Assembly: GCA_964474825.1 (NCBI GenBank)
Contig: CAYYWQ010000001.1
Location: forward strand, 485,609 to 549,608
Length of the DNA: 64,000 bases
Origin: an uncultured Candidatus Saccharibacteria bacterium
GTDB taxonomy: Bacteria > Patescibacteriota > Doudnabacteria > UBA920
Direction: 5' to 3'
The notes beneath the pieces are model-generated. The model worked only from the letters and a program-made list of their open reading frames with translations. It ran no database searches and was not told where the DNA came from. Shown piece by piece: positions 19,179 through 27,333 of this stretch. A program made the translations under genes and the position numbers. The first letter of the stretch is position 1; every line of letters starts with the position of its first letter.

Positions 19179-20180
19179 TTATTTATTCATTAACTGTTTT
19201 GCTCTTTCCCAAAACTCAGGATGTTCTTTCTGCTTCATATAATACCACCATTCCGCGCCCCATAGATACTGTGGAGAAAACCCTGTGTCTTGGGCAACCC
19301 CGACAATAGTGTTAAAGTTGTCCATACTCATGGTCTTAAACTGTTCTTCTATGGAAGTATTTGGAATGCCGGCAGTAGTCCAAGGTTCGGCCTCTAGTTC
19401 CATTATAGCAATTTGCTTGCCCGGATGCAGCATTGCCAAAAGCCCGCCTTTAAACCGGTAAAAAAGCGAGGGGATATAATTTGTCCAATAGCGTTTGAAC
19501 ACGTCCGAAAAAACATACCGATAAAAAGTGGTCCCGAAAATATCTCCCCTTGAACCGGAATGAATCCACCAGGAAAGCTCGCCGCTGTCCGTAATGATTA
19601 TTGGCCTAACAGGATCCAGCTGTTTTACTAAATTAATTTCTTGATCCAAAAGGCTAACGTCCAAAGGAGGACAAATACCAAAGGTGGACAAAAATGGTTC
19701 ATTCTCCACCTGCCAGGCAATAATATTGCCGCGGTCCTGGTAATGCCTTACCACTTCCGCCACATAAGACAATTGGGCTGTATTTAACGCGCTTGGCGAT
19801 AAATTTTTTATCCAGCCCGGGTCGTGGCATTCCGGCCAGCGTGGCAGCCTGCGCCCCACGGATAGGACAATTTTAGTTTTATAATTTTCAGCCTCATTTA
19901 TCTGGAAATCTAAATCATCAAAATTATAAGTGTCTTTTTTTGACTCCACACTGTCCCAATAAGCGGAAAGACGAACATATTTGGGGTTTAAGTCTTTTAA
20001 AATTGAAGCATAAGCATCTTTCCAATTCAGGCCTAAACTTTCGGCGTAAGGCGCGCTAAAAGTCAGGCCATATTGGATATTATTGGTTTTTGGGGCAAAC
20101 AGCGAAACAAACCAAACCATTAAAAAAACCACGGCTAGAAATATACAAAACCTTACTAAAAATTTACCTAACTTACGCAT
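19179..20180 (-). CDS. Membrane-anchored clan GH-A glycoside hydrolase
   Basis: N-terminal TM; VRLSAYW; WQVENEP (acid/base); MELEAEPW (nucleophile). Confidence 0.75.
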   Translation of the reverse strand: MRKLGKFLVRFCIFLAVVFLMVWFVSLFAPKTNNIQYGLTFSAPYAESLGLNWKDAYASILKDLNPKYVRLSAYWDSVESKKDTYNFDDLDFQINEAENYKTKIVLSVGRRLPRWPECHDPGWIKNLSPSALNTAQLSYVAEVVRHYQDRGNIIAWQVENEPFLSTFGICPPLDVSLLDQEINLVKQLDPVRPIIITDSGELSWWIHSGSRGDIFGTTFYRYVFSDVFKRYWTNYIPSLFYRFKGGLLAMLHPGKQIAIMELEAEPWTTAGIPNTSIEEQFKTMSMDNFNTIVGVAQDTGFSPQYLWGAEWWYYMKQKEHPEFWERAKQLMNK

Positions 20181-21052
20181 AAAATAATTGTCCCCATTAC
20201 TATTAAAATTAAAGCCGCCACCTTTAAGCGCAGTGTATGCTTGTCGGTTTGCTCGTCCAAAATATGGCGGTGGTAAAAACTAAAAAATAAAGCCAAAACA
20301 AACAAAAACCCGTAGCGGAAAGACGCCAGCGCGTCTACAATGGGCACTTTGCCTACAGTTAAAAAATAACTTAAAAAAATAAAATTTAATCCCCCTATTG
20401 CTTGCTTTAACAAAAACAAAAAGCCGGTATGGTGTTTTTCCTTAACCTTCGACGCAGTAAAAATATCTTTTCTGGCCAGGGGGATTAAAAGCAAAAGTGC
20501 CATAACAGCGGCAGCGCCTAACCTGTTCCACATAAGATTATTCATGGTACTGCCGACCTGTGCCCCGTATTGCCACAAAAAATTATAACTGCTGAATAAA
20601 AACGCGGACAACAGGGTTAACCCCAAATACCTATGAAGATACTTACCGTCTCCATAACTTATTAACAAAGCCCCGGGAACCAGCAGACAAACTGCCGCAA
20701 ATTGGCTGACTGACAAAGCACTATGGCGGGTAAGCGTGGAAATAAAAATATCAAAAATCGGTACCAGCGCAAAAATAAACGGCACTACCCGGGAAACTTC
20801 CCCGCGCGCCAAAACTTTAAAGTAAACATACATTGCCAGCCCAAAATATGCGCCGGAAAGTAAATTTAACCAAATAAATTTTGCGGGCAAGGCTTGGTAA
20901 ACCCACGGCCAAGCAACCAATAACAACGCTCCGGTCACAACGGTAAAGAACGCGTAAGACAAAGGGCGGATTTTACGTTTGCTGATTAAAAACTTGTCTA
21001 AGACGTCAACAAACGCAAAGCTCAAATATAAAATTATTATTTGAAAAATCAT
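20168..21052 (-). CDS. EamA/DMT-like transporter
   Basis: About 10 TM helices; GEVSRVVP motif. Confidence 0.75.
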   Translation of the reverse strand: MIFQIIILYLSFAFVDVLDKFLISKRKIRPLSYAFFTVVTGALLLVAWPWVYQALPAKFIWLNLLSGAYFGLAMYVYFKVLARGEVSRVVPFIFALVPIFDIFISTLTRHSALSVSQFAAVCLLVPGALLISYGDGKYLHRYLGLTLLSAFLFSSYNFLWQYGAQVGSTMNNLMWNRLGAAAVMALLLLIPLARKDIFTASKVKEKHHTGFLFLLKQAIGGLNFIFLSYFLTVGKVPIVDALASFRYGFLFVLALFFSFYHRHILDEQTDKHTLRLKVAALILIVMGTIILCVS

Positions 21053-22282
21053 TTAGGTTTTTTTAGGAATTTCGTGTTCCAGGCTGTTTGTTTTACAAAT
21101 CTCCGCGTATTTTAACGCGCTAAAGCGCACTTTTCGCCTAAGTAAATCTTCCCGGTCAATTTCAATCAAACCAAACCTCGGCCAAAAACCTTCTTCCCAT
21201 TCAAAGTTGTCTGTTAGCGACCAATATAAATAACCCCGAACATCCGCCCCATGCTCAATTGCCTTGTGAATGTAAAACAAATGGTCTTTAATAAATTTTT
21301 CACGGAACACGTCCTTACTGTCCGCCACTCCGTTTTCCACAACGTAAATTGGTTTGTTGTATTTTTTTAGCTTAAGCAATACTTGCTCAATCCCTTCTGG
21401 GTGTATTCCCCACCCTCTATCGGTCAACAAATGCCCGGTGTGGGTATGCCTGCGAAAGCCAAGCAGCCCAATATGGTGGTGAAAATAATAATTTACCCCA
21501 ATATAGTCACAGTACTCAACGGTTCTGCGCAAAATATATTCATTTACAAAATATTCCATAAGACCCGTAACCATGCCTCCCAAAAAACCCGAAGGCTCCC
21601 AGTCGGTTTGGTTTAAAGCCATGCTCACAGGCTTACGGTGATGCACGCGGATGTATTCACTCAGTTGGTTGTGGCATTTAATAATATTATTAACCACACG
21701 AAGCGCCCTTAAAGGACTCCTAACCTGGGGCGGATGCAAGGCCAAAATATAGCGTTGCCCCACATATAATTCCGGTTCATTAAAAGTAATCCAAAAATCC
21801 ACATATTGAGAAAATCTTTCCACTACGCGTTTGCCAAAATTTAAAAAATAATCTATATTTTCTTTTTTTTCAAAACCATTTTTTTGGCTAAACCAAATAG
21901 GACTGGTGTAGTGGTGAAGAGTCAAAAAAACCGTTAGTCCGTGGAATTTAGCAGATTGCAGCATTTTTTCATAATGGTCCAGCACGGCTTCGTCAAATAC
22001 TCCCTCTTTTGGCTGAATGCGAGACCATTCAATGCCAAAACGAATGGCATTATGGCTTAAATGCTGGGCTAAACCAAAATCTTCGTCATAACGGTTGTAA
22101 AAATCGCATGCAATGCCGCTATAGTACCCTTCCGGATTTTTACCCTGGGCGCGCAAGAAATTTTCCCGCCTAACAGAATGTTCCCAAGGCCACCAATCGC
22201 TATTGGTATTATTACCCTCCGTTTGGTAAGCACTACTTGCCGCCCCCCACAAAAAACCTTTAGGAAATTTTAGTTTTTGCAT
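21053..22282 (-). CDS. Glycoside hydrolase family 1 (beta-glucosidase)
   Basis: FPKGFLWGAASSAYQTEG; TFNEP; VENG; WSLTDNFEW. Confidence 0.95.
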   Translation of the reverse strand: MQKLKFPKGFLWGAASSAYQTEGNNTNSDWWPWEHSVRRENFLRAQGKNPEGYYSGIACDFYNRYDEDFGLAQHLSHNAIRFGIEWSRIQPKEGVFDEAVLDHYEKMLQSAKFHGLTVFLTLHHYTSPIWFSQKNGFEKKENIDYFLNFGKRVVERFSQYVDFWITFNEPELYVGQRYILALHPPQVRSPLRALRVVNNIIKCHNQLSEYIRVHHRKPVSMALNQTDWEPSGFLGGMVTGLMEYFVNEYILRRTVEYCDYIGVNYYFHHHIGLLGFRRHTHTGHLLTDRGWGIHPEGIEQVLLKLKKYNKPIYVVENGVADSKDVFREKFIKDHLFYIHKAIEHGADVRGYLYWSLTDNFEWEEGFWPRFGLIEIDREDLLRRKVRFSALKYAEICKTNSLEHEIPKKT

Positions 22283-22411
22283 TTTTTTGTTTCTTCCTAT
22301 TCTCTTATCTCTTCTCCCTAATCACTATATTATTATGCCACACTTGGCTAAAATCTCAAAACCTGATAGGATAGATAGGACTTATAAGACTAAATAAGAC
22401 TTATCACACTC

Positions 22412-22486
22412 GGCGCCATCATCTAATGGTTAGGATAAGTGGTTCTCATCCACTAAATCGGGGTTCGATTCCCCGTGGCGCTACCA
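22412..22486 (+). tRNA. tRNA-Glu(CTC)
   Basis: Cloverleaf GGCGCCA..TGGCGCT-ACCA; anticodon arm AGTGG-TTCTCAT-CCACT; GGTTCGATTCC. Confidence 0.95.
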
Positions 22487-22672
22487 ATTAAAAATATCCC
22501 AACGCATGGGATATTTTTATTTTGTCCCGAGCGATGTCGAGGGGCCAAAATACTGACTAAAAAAGATTTTCCTACACAATAATTGGAAGACTTTTTTGTT
22601 TTATTTACTAAAAAATTAGTGTTATAATAAAAGCGCTTAATAAGCGCTAATAACTAAGGATAAAAAACTTTT

Positions 22673-23443
22673 ATGACACAATTCGACCATGAATCATCGG
22701 AAACAAAGAATCAAGAAGTCGCTCGTTCGCTTTTGGATAAAATGAATCTTGAAGGAATATCGGATCCTGAACGACAAAGGGCAATCTTAGAAGAAGCTAT
22801 AAACATATTGAGAAAACAAAGACTAGGTGTAGCAGCAGAATCTGTTATTCTAAAACAAACCCCAGAACAACCTAGCACAAAACTTTCAATTGAGGCGATG
22901 CTTGAATTAATTCAGCGCTATACCATCGGAATGAACGGTTTAGATCGTGATACTGCTAAAGAACTCGTAAAAAAGTTTGGACTGAATGGTGGTCTCTACG
23001 ATTTAAAAAATGATCTTAACACTTTTTTTGATAAGCAAAAAAACCCGGAGGGCCGTGGAAAGTTAAAAAACGAAAATCCGGTTGCCTTAGCTCGACAAAT
23101 CCTAGACGAAATTGACAAAATCGAAAGGGGTGGAGAGGAGCTCTCAAGAGAGGCTGACGCTGCTGATACAGAACAAAACAGAACTCTGAAAGATGAAGCA
23201 ATAGAAGATTTGGAGGGCGTTTTAATAAGACTCATGAATCGGCACCTAGGGGAAAATTCGTCCTCATTTTCAGAGGCCCGCAAACCTATCGACGCACTGC
23301 TTAAATACCAGCCTACTCTTGGTACTGTTATTGCTTCGTGTCGAGACTATAGGCAAACAGGAAGATGGCCAGGTCAGGTTAGTAAAGATCGCGCTATTGA
23401 AATAATTAAACAGGCTCGTAGTTTTATAGAGACGTATAGGTAA
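22673..23443 (+). CDS. Hypothetical helical protein downstream of tRNA-Glu
   Basis: 256-aa ORF with upstream TATAAT. Confidence 0.65.
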   Translation: MTQFDHESSETKNQEVARSLLDKMNLEGISDPERQRAILEEAINILRKQRLGVAAESVILKQTPEQPSTKLSIEAMLELIQRYTIGMNGLDRDTAKELVKKFGLNGGLYDLKNDLNTFFDKQKNPEGRGKLKNENPVALARQILDEIDKIERGGEELSREADAADTEQNRTLKDEAIEDLEGVLIRLMNRHLGENSSSFSEARKPIDALLKYQPTLGTVIASCRDYRQTGRWPGQVSKDRAIEIIKQARSFIETYR

Positions 23444-23572
23444 ATTTATTCTATCCCTTGAGGAATTGAAGGTTTAAAATAGCTCTTTTTTACCACAGCC
23501 AAGAAAATTTTCCCCCTGTCTCGAGATGGTCTACCGCTCGGACCCCTTAGAAAGTTGGCAAAAAAATAAAAA

Positions 23573-24001
23573 ATGATTAAATTTTTAAAATCTCTTGCTG
23601 ACATACGCCAGCCGAAAAAACAGTTAATACATATTATTTTAGTTTCTTTCTTAGGGGCGTTTGCGGTCGTTCATTCTTTTTCGGTTTATGTGGGCGGCGG
23701 TATTTATATTCGCGGTTACCATATTCACCACTTTTATTTTGGAATGTTGTTTTTAACAATTGGCGGTTTACTGGGAATTTTAAGTACTGGACGAAGAAAA
23801 TTGCAAATTGCTAGTTCACTTTTGGGAATTGGCATGGGGTTATTTGCTGACGAAGTTGGTCTTTTATTAACCTGCACAACTGCGTATAAAAAATGCGATT
23901 ACGCTTTTCCGGACAGTTTTGACATTGCAGGCACGGTTGTTGTATTTTTAATCCTTGTTTTAGTAATAGTGAGCTACACAGAAAGGCCTAAAAAAAATTA
24001 A
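23573..24001 (+). CDS. Membrane protein with HIHHF motif
   Basis: About four TMs; YHIHHFYFG and GLFADE; directly upstream of queF. Confidence 0.7.
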   Translation: MIKFLKSLADIRQPKKQLIHIILVSFLGAFAVVHSFSVYVGGGIYIRGYHIHHFYFGMLFLTIGGLLGILSTGRRKLQIASSLLGIGMGLFADEVGLLLTCTTAYKKCDYAFPDSFDIAGTVVVFLILVLVIVSYTERPKKN

Positions 24002-24014
24002 TTAGCTATATTTT

Positions 24015-24482
24015 ATGGGGAAAAAATTTAAATCGCTCGGACATGAGACTAAGGGTTTTCCAAACAAGCCTGACAAAAATATTTTAGAAGTTTTTGACAA
24101 TCAACACCCAAAAAGCTTGTATTTAGTCCCTTTGGTTTGTAATGAATTTACTTCCATTTGCCCAATGACAGGACAACCGGATTTTGCCAAGTTTGAAATT
24201 GTTTATGTGCCCAGAATAAAAATGGTTGAGTCTAAGTCATTAAAACTTTACTTCTTCTCCTTTAGAAATCATGGTGAATTTCACGAGGAAGTCGTTAACC
24301 GCATATTTAACGACTTATGGGATTTAATGAACCCCAAATTTATGAGAATTTTTGCCGACTTTAATGTCCGTGGCGGCATTGCTATAAAACCGCTTGTCCA
24401 AAAATTTTCTAAAGACGCATCGGCTGCCCAAAAGCAAACCATTCTGGAAATGCTGGAAAGTTGGGACAGGAAAAATAGTTAA
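24015..24482 (+). CDS. queF: preQ0 reductase (preQ1 synthase), unimodular QueF
   Basis: EFTSICPMTGQPDFA; VESKSLKLY; FHE; RGGI. Confidence 0.93.
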   Translation: MGKKFKSLGHETKGFPNKPDKNILEVFDNQHPKSLYLVPLVCNEFTSICPMTGQPDFAKFEIVYVPRIKMVESKSLKLYFFSFRNHGEFHEEVVNRIFNDLWDLMNPKFMRIFADFNVRGGIAIKPLVQKFSKDASAAQKQTILEMLESWDRKNS

Positions 24483-24491
24483 ACAAAGAAC

Positions 24492-24520
24492 AAAAAACCG
24501 TCCACTGTGGACGGTTTTTT
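24492..24520. terminator. Bidirectional intrinsic terminator
   Basis: AAAAAACCGTCCAC-T-GTGGACGGTTTTTT. Confidence 0.8.
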
Positions 24521-24528
24521 TAAATTAC

Positions 24529-24780
24529 TTAGTGTTCGTATTTGAGTCCTAACTTAGGCGCCACTTGGTCTAAAAGGTCTTCCGCTTTTTTTACGCGATA
24601 GTTTAGTATAATCATTTCTTGATCTTTCCCCTGCTTATCTTTTAAAACCGCGTCCAGTGAATTTTGAATCCTGTCGAACCTAGCCTCGAACTTTTTTCCG
24701 TCTTCCTTGGTTAAAAAGACATCTTTAAAAACCTCAATTTGGTATTCTGTTATTTTTTTAATATCCTCAATATCTATCAT
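24529..24780 (-). CDS. Small coiled-coil hypothetical protein
   Basis: ORF track, 83 aa. Confidence 0.6.
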   Translation of the reverse strand: MIDIEDIKKITEYQIEVFKDVFLTKEDGKKFEARFDRIQNSLDAVLKDKQGKDQEMIILNYRVKKAEDLLDQVAPKLGLKYEH

Positions 24781-24866
24781 AAACTTAAATTTGACTAAAA
24801 AAGGGTAAAAATATTGTAATCCCAGAATAATTTCTCGTCAATCTAAGCCTGTGTATAAAACTGCTT

Positions 24867-25058
24867 TTATACTCTGGCAAAAAGCACTCCCCTGAATTGG
24901 TTATTTACAATAAGCGGTACCCCACGGAGTGACTGCACGCGAGCCGAAAGCTGCTGCACGGGGCAGGAGTGATAATCAGCCCGGCCTGTGGTGCAATGAG
25001 CACAAAGGCTTTTGAGCTGGCTAACAATATTAAGTTTTGTTTTTTCGAGTTCGGACAT
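24867..25058 (-). CDS. Small Cys/His (CAHC..HSC) protein in lexA operon
   Basis: ATG at 25058 (MSELEKTK); the longer ORF-track start is just the repeat arm. Confidence 0.65.
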   Translation of the reverse strand: MSELEKTKLNIVSQLKSLCAHCTTGRADYHSCPVQQLSARVQSLRGVPLIVNNQFRGVLFARV

Positions 25059-25063
25059 ATATT

Positions 25064-25502
25064 TAGCTTGTAGGAAGTAGCTGGTAGTTAGTAGCCAAAC
25101 CAACCGGACTATTCCTTATTACTTGTCAATTTATTTAGAATTTTCATTACTTCCTCTAGTAATGCGTCTGCTTTTGTAAAATCTAGTTTATCTCCAAACG
25201 GGAGACGCTTAGCTATTTCAATCTGTGTTTCTAACTCAGCACCTGAACCAAAAGATATAAGTAAAAATCGGCGAAATTCATTATCAGTTCCTCTACGCTT
25301 ACCCTCTGCTATATTTGAAGGTATTGATACGCTACAGCGACGTGATTGCGAGGTTAAACCATAAATTTCATTATTCGGGTATTTTGATGTTATTTTATAA
25401 ACCTCAACAACCAGCTCCATTGACTTTTGCCACACTATTAAATTTTTATAATCATTTTGCATTTTGTCTGGCTACCCCCTACTTACTACTAACCACCAGC
25501 TA
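25064..25502 (-). mobile_element. Putative element: four-helix-bundle gene between inverted 5x7-nt arms
   Basis: Left arm 25064-25098 TAGCTTG TAGGAAG TAGCTGG TAGTTAG TAGCCAA; right arm 25468-25502 reads TAGCTGG TGGTTAG TAGTAAG TAGGGGG TAGCCAG on the minus strand; mobility is inferred. Confidence 0.6.
25109..25462 (-). CDS. Four helix bundle protein (23S rRNA IVP/TIGR02436-like family)
   Basis: YKNLIVWQKS..E.YGLTSQ.RR.SVSIPSNIAEG..GSGAELETQ. Confidence 0.92.
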   Translation of the reverse strand: MQNDYKNLIVWQKSMELVVEVYKITSKYPNNEIYGLTSQSRRCSVSIPSNIAEGKRRGTDNEFRRFLLISFGSGAELETQIEIAKRLPFGDKLDFTKADALLEEVMKILNKLTSNKE

Positions 25503-26114
25503 CTCTAAATTTCTAATAACTCCAACCACTTTCCCCTGCACACTCCATTCTTCTTTTGGGTAAATGTTTTTGTAGCTGGGATTTTCGGCTTTTAAGTAGG
25601 CTCTATTTTTTACATAGACCAGTCTTTTTACCGTGGCTTCGTCGTGAAGTAATGCCACAACAATTTCATTATTCTTTGCTTCTTTAGTGGGCCTAACAAT
25701 AACCAGGTCTCCTTCAAAAATTCCTGCGTTTATCATACTGTCGCCCCTTACACGGAGCAAAAATACGTCACGTCTGCCTTTTACTAAATTTTGGGGCAAG
25801 TTTATCCATTCCTCTATTTGTTCTTCTGCCAAATGCGGCACGCCTGCCTGAATGGAACCCAGAAGCGGAACCCTAATTAAACCTTTTTCCAAACTTTCAC
25901 CTAAAGTTTGAAGAACTTGGATGCCCCGCGCTTTGCCCGAAGTTTTAATATAACCTTCTTCTTCCAAAGCGTTTAAAAGTTTAGCCACGCCGTTCTTTGA
26001 TTTAACTTTTAAAAAAGTAGCCATTTCGGAAATACTGGGAGGTAAATTGTAGTCACGAATTTGTTTGATAATGTACTGGAGAAGTTCTTTCTGCCTGCTG
26101 GTAATTTCGTTCAT
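25500..26114 (-). CDS. lexA: SOS repressor LexA
   Basis: wHTH (PPSISEMA); AG cleavage site (IQAGVP); GDSM serine; EATVKR lysine. Confidence 0.95.
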   Translation of the reverse strand: MNEITSRQKELLQYIIKQIRDYNLPPSISEMATFLKVKSKNGVAKLLNALEEEGYIKTSGKARGIQVLQTLGESLEKGLIRVPLLGSIQAGVPHLAEEQIEEWINLPQNLVKGRRDVFLLRVRGDSMINAGIFEGDLVIVRPTKEAKNNEIVVALLHDEATVKRLVYVKNRAYLKAENPSYKNIYPKEEWSVQGKVVGVIRNLE

Positions 26115-26140
26115 AGAATTTTTGTTACTTATCTATTAAG

Positions 26141-26169
26141 ATAATATACGAACGTTCACTACGTGTCAA
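26141..26169 (-). promoter_or_regulatory. lexA sigma70 promoter with palindrome GAACGTTC in the spacer
   Basis: Minus strand TTGACA-17 nt-TATTAT; palindrome at 26150-26157. Confidence 0.7.
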
Positions 26170-26222
26170 ACAACAAGTAATTTAAGGTAAACGCTTGTTT
26201 ACCTTAAAGTTATCCACAACTT

Positions 26223-26319
26223 TAGCTGGTAGGAAGTAGCTTGTAGCTTTTAGCCAAACAAAACAGCGGACAATCATCCGCTGTGTGGCTACTTCCTACT
26301 AGCTACAGACTACCAGCTA
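26223..26319. repeat. Gene-less copy of the 5x7-nt inverted-arm element
   Basis: TAGCTGG TAGGAAG TAGCTTG TAGCTTT TAGCCAA - 27-nt spacer with hairpin - GTGGCTA CTTCCTA CTAGCTA CAGACTA CCAGCTA. Confidence 0.85.
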
Positions 26320-26553
26320 CTTGGTATTCAACAAAAATTTTATAAACTCAACTGCTCCCTCCCAGACGTTCTTGAGTATTGGGATTGAGGCCGGTAACAA
26401 AATAACTAGGGCAATAATAAAAATAAAATCTTTTTTTACGACTTTAAAAATGGAATAAACCAAAAGCACTGCCAGGGCAATGGAAATTACCGGGCGTGTG
26501 TTCACAGGAAAATTAGACAAAAACTGGATGTATAAACTTTGAATTTGATTCAT
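26317..26553 (-). CDS. Small membrane protein
   Basis: Two hydrophobic segments; stop TAG provided by repeat arm. Confidence 0.65.
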   Translation of the reverse strand: MNQIQSLYIQFLSNFPVNTRPVISIALAVLLVYSIFKVVKKDFIFIIALVILLPASIPILKNVWEGAVEFIKFLLNTK

Positions 26554-26583
26554 GACTTTATTATAGCACGAAGTTAATTCAGA

Positions 26584-27150
26584 TTATTTCTTCTTGGCTA
26601 AAGTGTCGCAAACCACTAAATGTGGGTAATCAAAAATGTCTTTAATAAATTTATCAAAAGTATTACGGCGAAGTTCAAACTCATCCGGTGTCATTATGCT
26701 GTAGTTAATGTCTTGACCCATCATGTGTTCCGCGGCTTTTAAAAAATCGTTAACTTTATTTAAATTAACTTTCCCTACCAAAAGCAAATCCACCGGTAGG
26801 CTTGGCTGTCCGGTGAACAGGCCGCTTAAAAAAGCGGCTTTAACTTCTCCCAAATTTTTTATGGCTGAAAACAGCTCGTCTTTATAAGGAGCAAGTTTGC
26901 GGCCAAACTGGCGGCGTAAATCCGGCAACATTTTATTGTTGGCGTTTACTATAAAATACTTTTTGCCGCGTTTGGCAAAAACTTTAAATAGCCCTGCTTC
27001 AGCCAGCTTGTTTAAACTGTGGGCGGTTTTAGAATGGGAAAGGCGCAAACGCCGCGAAACCTCTATAATAGAAAAGGCGCGCTCCGGCGCGACTAAAAAA
27101 AATCCTAAGGCTAAAGAATCTGTGGGGGAATCTATTATTTGTTCCAACAT
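26584..27150 (-). CDS. wHTH + nucleotidyltransferase-like fold protein
   Basis: N-terminal HTH; LSGLF..VDLLLVG; INYSIMT..EF..R. Confidence 0.7.
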   Translation of the reverse strand: MLEQIIDSPTDSLALGFFLVAPERAFSIIEVSRRLRLSHSKTAHSLNKLAEAGLFKVFAKRGKKYFIVNANNKMLPDLRRQFGRKLAPYKDELFSAIKNLGEVKAAFLSGLFTGQPSLPVDLLLVGKVNLNKVNDFLKAAEHMMGQDINYSIMTPDEFELRRNTFDKFIKDIFDYPHLVVCDTLAKKK

Positions 27151-27333
27151 AATGAATAAATTATAGCATACGGACAGGGAAATCGGAAAAATTAATAATT
27201 CTAACTTTTAAGGAATCTCTCAACCGCATTCGGGGCAACCACTCTATAAAATTTAACAATTGGGTTGTCGTTTGGTTATTATAAACTTTTGTTGTATAAT
27301 TAATAGGATCTAAACCCTATACTTCCCCATACT

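Noticed and set aside
23500-23572. preQ1 riboswitch upstream of the queF unit
   Set aside because: A small GGTC..GACC hairpin and A-run are present, but I cannot match the preQ1 aptamer consensus; an Rfam scan would decide.
25109-25462. Diversity-generating retroelement (Avd-like gene)
   Set aside because: No reverse transcriptase or TR/VR pair in the window.
26210-26218. Replication origin
   Set aside because: Only one DnaA-box match and no dnaA/dnaN nearby.
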